A stretch of 64,000 bases of DNA from Phoronis australis. Its lineage: Eukaryota > Animalia > Phoronida. A model generated the notes under the pieces. It searched no databases, was not told the DNA's origin, and saw only the letters and a program-made list of their open reading frames with translations. This document shows, one piece after another, positions 53,601-62,600 of this stretch. Both the position numbers and the translations under genes were made by a program. Positions within the stretch are counted from its first letter, which is position 1. Each line of letters starts with the position of its first letter. The DNA is taken from assembly GCA_002633005.1 (NCBI GenBank), contig NMRA01000082.1, positions 954,133 through 1,018,132 on the forward strand. Reading direction: 5' to 3'.

Positions 53601-56600
53601 GAGTGACGCCACCTAGTGGACAGTCACCGAACGCCATCTACATATATAAATTTACGGGAACAAATTACCCCAACATAGGAAGCAGTTACCCAGTGGAGTA
53701 CTCGTATGGAGACTCTAATTATATGTATTCCATTGGAGTGGCTGTAGACACAGGTACTAATTGTAGAGGTATTAGATGACTAGATACATGGTATGGTTTG
53801 TAGAAAACTATGACCATTGCAAAGTCTGTAAAATTTAAAACACAACTGGTCGACATTTGAACTTTTACTTTTTGTGTCTTGTTACGAGACAAGTAACACC
53901 CAATTAGTGTTAATAAAAATAATTGTAAATATCTATGCCACTCTTAAAACCTGACAATGATTCTTATAAATTTTGGGCATTCACAACAAGGTTGGAAGCC
54001 TTTAATGAAAAATGCTAATTTGATGATTATGTCAGAAATTTATGAGATTTTATCGTAGGTTGTATTTTGAGTGTGTTATCGTGTTTTCCGGTAATCTTTC
54101 TGGTGAGTTTACTAGTGACAAGAGGTCATCAAATGTCTGAAAAACCTGCTGTTGGTCGTACTCTGCAGGTGTGTACCAGATGGGGTAATTGGAATTTGTA
54201 GTCTCAAAGGAATGTCATATCCAGCCAGGGTTGGCTAGTTGATATGTGGGAAAAATGCGATGGTTTATATTTAGGGGTGTACCAGGTAAATGCGTATGGA
54301 AGGGGGGACGGCAGTTGATATTAAAATTCATTAGTGATTGTCTCGTGAAGAAAATTCAAATTATGGTGGCCCTTGTTTACAAGTGGTGCATATTTCACCC
54401 TAATTAAAAATTTGGGTCATGGGTTGGAGAAATAAAAGAAAATTATGGGCGATGGGTAAAAAATGAAAGTGCCTTCCCCCCTTCCCATACATTTTTTGCT
54501 GGAACAGCCCCAATTTCCACCAACTGTAACGTAAGACATTGATTTGACTTCTTGTGCAGAAAAAATCGTTGAAAGTTTTAAAGGTCCTCTTCCCTTTACA
54601 TTCTCTAATTGCGAACACAACATGAGTTTCGTCAGTCGAAAGATTAAATTGTAAAGCATTTCATAACATTCAGCCTTGTTTGCGTTTGCCTTTTTACTAT
54701 TACTTTTAAAAAAAATTGTAAAAAGTGGGCGGGGTCATTTTAGGTGGTGGTACACCACCAAACATGAAAATTGAGCCAAAAAATTAATATTAAATTCTGT
54801 TAAGTTTGGAAAAAATTGAAGTCGTATAATTGAATGAGCATTATTTGGGTTTGGTATAGATGCTGAATGTTGACCAATAGTGAATCAATCGTTAAAAAAA
54901 TAATTGCAGGCGGTCTGATACTTGTACCAGACGTTCGCAGGCTGTGCGAGTGGACCCATTGCACTGTGCACCAATAGTAAATCAAATTTGGGTTTTAGTT
55001 TCAGCTGAGCTAACTTTCATTAAAATCCGTGTGATGAAAGAGCATCTTCAAATTTAAATGTCAAATAATGTCCTTGCTTAGTATTTGTATCGCTTTGTAG
55101 GCTACAGTGTGCTTACTATTGCAATCTTATAGTTATTTTGTCAGCATAACTGAGAAACGTTTATACGTTTTTGTTGCATTCTCTGTGGTTGAATGTTCTT
55201 GGGGTCCATCTATAACATAGAAAATTGTTGTTCCAGCTCCGCCCCCAACAACCAGCACAGTCGGCCCAACAACCACTACAAGGAAAGTGATAACAGAGAG
55301 GATGACAACAGCTGTGCCGTTCACTTGGAGCCCTCCCTCTGGATGTGAGTTATCAGATGAACAATCGATGGCTTCATGGCGACCTCACAACCTTGCGTTC
55401 TTCAAACTGCGAATATTGTAATTTTAATTGCTACAATTTGTGGTTTGTTCTGGAGAATAGGTTACATCTACAAGTTGTGGTTTGTGGAGTTGCACAAACT
55501 CGTACAATTGCTGAAATTGCGATCTTCGGATGATTGTACAGACCTTCAAAGCACAAAATCTTTTGTTACCGTTAAGTAGCCCAGTCCTCTGCCATTTTTA
55601 AGGAAATGGCAGAACCACCCATACTGTAAACACTGCTCCTATTTTCATTTTTATAATATAATGGCAATTTGTTCTTTGACAGTCTGCACAAACAGTAGCA
55701 ATTCGAGGGTTTCGGTAAGTTGTGCAAAGTTGTCGCTACGGAAAATTGTGACAGTTTTTGCTTTGAAGGTCTGCTCAACCTATACTATCACATTTGAAGA
55801 ATGTGGCATTGAAAACAGTTGTGACTGGTTGTGGTGTTACATTGTTGGCTGGTTATGGTATTTCTGTATTTTCCATCCACAGAAGAATCCAGTGCCTTCG
55901 ATGTTATTTGCATAAAACAGTAAAACTGTTACAGTAAAATGTTATTTCCTCGTAGTTTAGTTGTTTTAACATTTCAGTGTCAATTAACAGGACACTAATT
56001 AGTTATGTATACACACAGTCTGACTTGATGTAGTTGGTGAATGTCTGGCTCCTGCATTTTGTTAACTCAGCACTACATACCATATAATTGTGCTGTTATG
56101 AATCAAAGAATTGAATCAAAATTATGAATTATTATAAACAGGAGATTTTTAAACAACTTTTTCTTTGTCATTAAGCAGACATTCATTTTCGGACTTTAGA
56201 AGTGGGCCCCATATATTAATAAAGACAGCTCTGCCCGAAGGTCTTCAAATAGCAGGTCCTCCTATATTAATGATACCTTCCTCCACTCTTGAAGCGCAAA
56301 ATTAGATTTTTTGCCTGTGCCACTTTAATGAGAAAAGTCCATGACCTGCTTAGTCTTGTTACGTCACGCGGTTTGTTGGTCACATCTTGTGACCTATTAT
56401 GTCTGAACCAAGCACCTTTCTCTGTTTAATCTATAGTCAGTGGTTGAGTTTGTTCAGTGTAATGAATTGCAGGAACCATGGGCCTTCAGCGCATCATGTA
56501 CATCACTGTGTCAGTGTTGCATTTAAATCCAGGGGTAATGTATTTAACGATGAAATATCTCCAGGCCATTTCTGTTTTAGATGAAGATAGTTATATAGGA

Positions 56601-59600
56601 GAGAGGTTTGATGTTCTCTTTCAACTTAAGGTAATTTTTTATGTTTTATTTTTTGGAAACCTGAAGTTGAAATTAAACCTACTGCAGAAACTTTCGATAT
56701 TGTCTTGGCTATGTATGGCTTGCTAATATTTTTCAGTGACGTTTGTTGGTAACCCGCCCCGTCCGAGCTCTGACTGGGCTTTGTCCACCATGGGGTCATT
56801 CATACTGACCTCGGTCAACCTTCCAGCTGGACGACTGGACAGTGTGTTTGCCTACTATACACTGACCATGCGACCTTCATTCATTCAATTGTGGAGATGG
56901 TTGGGAGGCACATCGTACAAGCTACTGGAGAGCAAATATTACTTTGCCACCAATGTCGGGGAGCAGAGAGTAAGTCTAGCACATATTCCCTTTTAGGAAA
57001 AATAAACTTGAAAACTTGTGCCAAAGTCAGCAATAACCTCTGATTACATTTTATTCACATGTCGGAAACACATTGTCTATTAACTGACTTAGCATTTTCC
57101 AAATTTGTTGCCATTTTGGTGTGAAGCATACAATTTGCAACCATTGCCTGCATTTGAGAAGTCATAGCTTGAACAAGTTTGCCCTTAAAAATGGATACCA
57201 TCTGGTTTCCCTTGGCAGATATTGCATTTTATAAAAGGAGTAATATAGCGTCAACACATTTGTTACCTTTCGCTTATTCCTGAGTGCAAACTATCCGTTG
57301 TGTCTGCTCATTTTTTATGGCTTTGGTACATTTTGTGCTTGAGGGGGGTAACTAGATTGCATATTGTCTTAGAATTTCGTGGACATTCGTAAATCGAGTG
57401 TCATTCATGCACATTAGGCCTTTTGAAAATGACGTGTAAGGTCAGGGAAACAGTTATAGTTAATCTTGCTCTTAGATACAACTGCCCCAGTTGGCTTGTG
57501 TGAGTATACACACTCTGGTTGATTGAGGGTTTATGATCCCAGTGAGAAGATCCCCTCCCCCCCCGGGATCCATAGGTTAGCCCAGAAGGATGTTGATGTA
57601 TTTTAGTTATTTTGACTCTTCCTCAAGATTGAATGTGATCCTGCTGGAAAATGTGTTGTTTATAACTCATTATGACAGATTTACTTCAACCGCGTCATTA
57701 CACTGGATGGGACGGAAAGGATTGGCTTTACGCCTGACGTCACGCAGTGTGCCATCGCTCGTGTGTCTCCACCTACTGGCCAGTCTCCTAACCAAGTCTC
57801 CAAGTACAAGTTTACAGGCACCAATTATCCAGCTGTGGGGAGTGACTACATTTTTGAATATTCACCCCAAGACTCCACTTACATTTACTCTGTTGGCGTC
57901 GCCGTGGATACAAGTGAGTTTGCACTGCAGGCTTCATTTTACGGAATGATGTTGCAGTGTGCAGCATCCAGTGGTTGTACCATAACTTCACAAAGTTCAT
58001 GCACAGTTTCCTTTTATGTATAAATCTCTTTGTTATGCTAAATATTCTAAATTTACAATTTTTAACATTGTCTCCTGATTTTTTGCAATTTTTGCAGAAA
58101 CTGTGTTACTTGCGATATCATTTTTTTTTCATTTTCTTGTCTTTTGTAGCTGTCCAGCCGTCAACTACTGCCAAAGCTACGACCATTGAGACATCGTCGC
58201 CCTCATCTGGCAACGGTAATGTACTGTAACGATAACAGAGACTAATCTAGTGATTATATACTTCCAAATTCTTATCCAATGCTACTTCTCCGAAAATTTA
58301 TTTCGCAATTTTTTTTAAGTCATTGTCTGGTCTTTTGCCAAGAGGTCCATTGTGCCTGTTTGTTGCAAACAGCACTCACATACTCAAAGAAATGAATGAC
58401 GCAGTTGAAGCCACTGTCTTCTGTCGTGACGGCTCATTCCGTTAACAACAAATTACTGGCGAAGTTCTAACAACAGATGGCTTAGCCAACTATACTAACC
58501 TTTCTGTTATTCCGCTTCCTGAGAGAAGGCTATATGCTCCGACTTTGAAGTTAGCTTCCGCCCAGCTCTCATGACGGAGAATTCCGGGTCATTTTGCCTG
58601 AATACTTTTATCTTGTACTGTAGGTTGTAATTGTGGTAAATACTTAACATTTTTTTAAGAATTCTTGATCTCTGATGAAAATGGTGCTGCACTCAGTGAT
58701 GAATCCCTGAAGTAAACGTTTTGGTAAACCTTTGTCTTGTAGAATTCATAGTTGGAAACGCGCCTGTCGCAGGCAACCAATGGGGTCAGGCCAAAGCTAG
58801 CTTCGTCCTGACTAACTTTGATCTGGTGGAAGGCCTTCTGAAGGAGGTCAAGGTCTACATGTCGACACCGTACACCGCTACCCATCTGGAGCTGTGGCGC
58901 TTTGTTGGGGGTAACAACTACAGGCTTATGGCGTCCAAGTATTTCTTCGTCGAGAGTCCAGGAGTGTACACGGTTAGTGTCATTGCTGAAGGATCAGTGC
59001 TAATATGCGTGAAGAGACGTTGGCATCACAAACACTCACACACACACACACTGCTTCGCAGTTATCTGTGGATTTGCTGGATAAAAGTGAAAGTGTTTAG
59101 AAAAAGTTAGAAATGTCAGATTAAAATCATGAAAGCATTGGTGACCACTGGCTGGGGCTATGTGTTCTGCGATGTGTGGGCCATTTGAAGAATACAGTAC
59201 CATTGATCAGTTGTAGTTAATATTCCTGTGGTTGCATCTGGATAATCTATACGTGGAATGTATATTATTCAAGGCTTGGAATTTTACGCGGAAACGTGGA
59301 TTTCCACTTTTTTCAAATCCTCTGCGCATGTTATTACATTTCCGCGTAAAAAAAATCGGATTTGGTATGAAATTTCCGCGGCAAATTCCTTTCTTACCGC
59401 GGTGTTGCAGACGACGTTCACCTCGAAAAGCAGAAGTTGCTCTTTATGTTTCGGAGGAACGTAAATTGTCAACATTGCCGGGGCATCTGGGATAGCGTGG
59501 TGGGATTTTCAATGGCGCCTCGTGTTATTGTAAACCGCGGCGACAAATACTACGGCTCCGCAGCCAAAAATGTGTGGGTTGGGAGTGGACGAATGAGCTA

Positions 59601-62600
59601 AAAGGACGCAGACGCATGCTACTGATGGTGGTAACGTTTTTTTTTTTTTTTTTTTTTTTAGTCCCGATTTTTGTCGGCGAAAGGTTCACATGGACCATTT
59701 CAAGGCTGGGTAGCGCGCATGATTTGGGCCGTAAAAGTTTCCGCGTTCTTTGTCATTGGTCATTCTAAGCCCTGATTATTCAGCACATATTGTTGTGTAC
59801 AAATTGAAGTTTAAGATGTGTGAACTTACAAAAATGAAGATTAAGCAGACGTCAGGTCATTAGATTTCCTCATATGAATTGAGGCAATCAGTCTATCAAA
59901 AACTGTTACAACAAATTACTGGTTTGCACAATTTGTGTGCTTAATAAGAATTACCGTCGGCGTCAATTAACATTTTGACAGTTTTAAAATCTACTGTAGG
60001 GAACTCTTGTTGTCAGCTACAGATACAGTTTTTGATCTTTTTACACAGGTCACGTTCCCAGGCACTGTGGCGACCTTGTTTGGGGACAAAATCGGCTTCA
60101 CAAATGAGGTAACCACCAGCCCTATAGCACGGCGGTCCACTGCTGGCAGGGACACTGTCTACCGCTATAACTTTAATGGTAACAATTGGCCACAAGTGGG
60201 GGACAATGCACTCTTCGCGTTTTCACAGACTGACTCCAACTTTGCTCATTCATTACAGTACTCTATTTACACTGGTAAGTGGAAATTAAATCTCATTTTT
60301 GGCATTTCCCATGTGGAATCTATTCTCAAGTCTGTGGTTGGAAGACCGAGCTGAGCTGTTTGGATTAACTGGCATGCTTGCAATATGAACATCTTTTTCT
60401 CTTGACTCCCAGAAGATGTCACTTTACAAAAATTAAACCAAAAATTGAGCAAACGGTACATGTCAAGAGTGTATTGTTTCGAAATCGACTGAGTCCGAAT
60501 TTTCTTTTTTTAGAAAAGCAGATGAGTGATTTAAGAAAGTAACGTTGATTAGATTGTGACCGAATTTTAGGCGTCTCTTGAGTGTCGGACTTGCAAAAAC
60601 ACGCACTTGGCAGGACGTGCTACAAATTTGTAAGTGAACAGCAAATAACAATTTTCATTTATAAAGGGAATTTCCACTGATTCCCTTTTTTGTGCCTGAA
60701 AAGTTGCTGATTTTTTTCTGCGCCTTGATTTCCATCATTTTGGCTTAAAAATTGAAATTTTTCATTAGAGTTGTGGTGAACTAAAAAGGTGTATGTTGCT
60801 AAAGTTGCCTAGTCGTTACCCACGTCTATCACAAGCTGGGTTTTGACGTTCAGTCATACACCGAGCAAGATAGCTTGGAGGTCTCCTACTGGTCTGCTTG
60901 AAATCAGCGGAGCAGCCGCCTATTTTCCAACCAAGAACCGAACAAAAGTTTGTGACCTCAAAATATTTTCAAGCTTGCTCCTAACTTATGAGAGTTGACA
61001 TCTTTAGCAGAACATTATATCATTCTAAAGATTTAGAAAGTTATACCAAATCTGGGCTTAGTATTTTTTAAGAGCTGCCAGCAACATCATGACTTTTACC
61101 TAGGAGACGCTCGTGTCAGTTTCATCAGACAAAACTCATCATTTGTGGAGAGTCTTTCTTCAAATGTGTCTTGTTTCGTTACAGGTGCTATACAGTACAT
61201 TCCAGGACCCAGGGGACCGCCGGGAAAAAGGGGCCCACCTGGGCCGGTGGGCCCGAGGGGTGTGTCTGGACCTCCCGTAAGTCTCAAGAGATGCTGTTCC
61301 TCCCTATGTAGCCAATCAGTTTGTAGTTGAATACTCCATGCGGATATATATCATGACAGAAAAAGGTTTTGTGAGCAAAACGGATTCAAATTGTGTAGGG
61401 ACCAATAACTGTTCTCGCCTGACATTCACTGACAGTAATGGTGGTAACATCATCAGTTAAATACGCTTTGAAAACTGTGGCGCAATTTTTCCATTTATCT
61501 GTCAGCATGCACCAGTTGACAATGTGCTTTAAAGGTTTGATTCTGCTCTGAGGCTGATCTCTGAAAATCACTTTTCTTGCCAATAAGGTCACGTTATCGT
61601 CTGGTTGGACAGTTCTGTGCTACTAGTTGGGCTGCAGTGCCCAGTTGCGTGAAATAGTCCCTAACAGGCACTCAAACGAGGTTCACAGAATGGTGTAATA
61701 TTTTTCTACCATTTTATCTTGATTATGAGTTCCTCTTTGTCTAATGACTTTCCTAATAATATGAATAAAATCTCAATCCTTAATTTGTTGAAAATGAATA
61801 GGGTCTTAGCCTAGTCCTTAAATTAGGAGCATTGCTCGAAAAAAACCTTACATACATGTATTTTCAATGATATTGAGAATTCACTCTTGCTTTGTATCAA
61901 AGCCAAAAATTGATGTAATGACACTTAAACAGTATGGGGAAGGACATTCAATATTTTCACAAGTTCTTAGTTAAGTCGCTATTGGAGACTGTTTCATGCA
62001 ACCGGGCACAGACTCCTTATGATGTCACTTTAAATCTTAATTGTGTTGGTTGGCAGACTATGAGCAATGCACTTGTGCCCAGTCTTACACTGAAGGTCTG
62101 AAAGGGGAATGTGGTGTCGATGTATCATGTAGGCACATGGAGTGAATGTTGTGTGAATGTATCAGGGAACCTCATTGGTTTTATGGGGTGTGAATGTATC
62201 AGGGAACCTCATTGGTCTTATGGGGTGTGGATGGAGTTAATTTAGTGTGAACGTATCAGGGTGCCTTATGAAGTAAATGTGGTGTGAATGTATGAGGAGC
62301 CCTCATGGACAATAGTGTTGGGCATTTGTGAGACTTCCCTGACTTTAACAAAAGCTTCAAACCCCCTCCCATCACAAAAAGTATGACTTGGCTTGTTTCA
62401 TTGGATAGCCATCTTAAAATTTGTAAATTTTCAGGAAAAACTCTGTACATTGTAATTCTTGGGTACTAAATGTTGCCATATGCTTTCAGTTGGGTAGTTA
62501 TAAGAGTGTCTTTAAACATTACAGGGGCCTCCTGGTAACCAGGGGCAGCAAGGCCTTCTGGGACCCAAAGGTCCCCCTGGACCCTACGGTCCGCCAGGCC

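Noticed and set aside
30671-57913. A cluster of separate small paralogous genes, or mutually exclusive exon arrays
   Set aside because: The units have no individual starts, signal peptides or stops. The ordered A-B-linker succession with matched phases supports one continuous gene.
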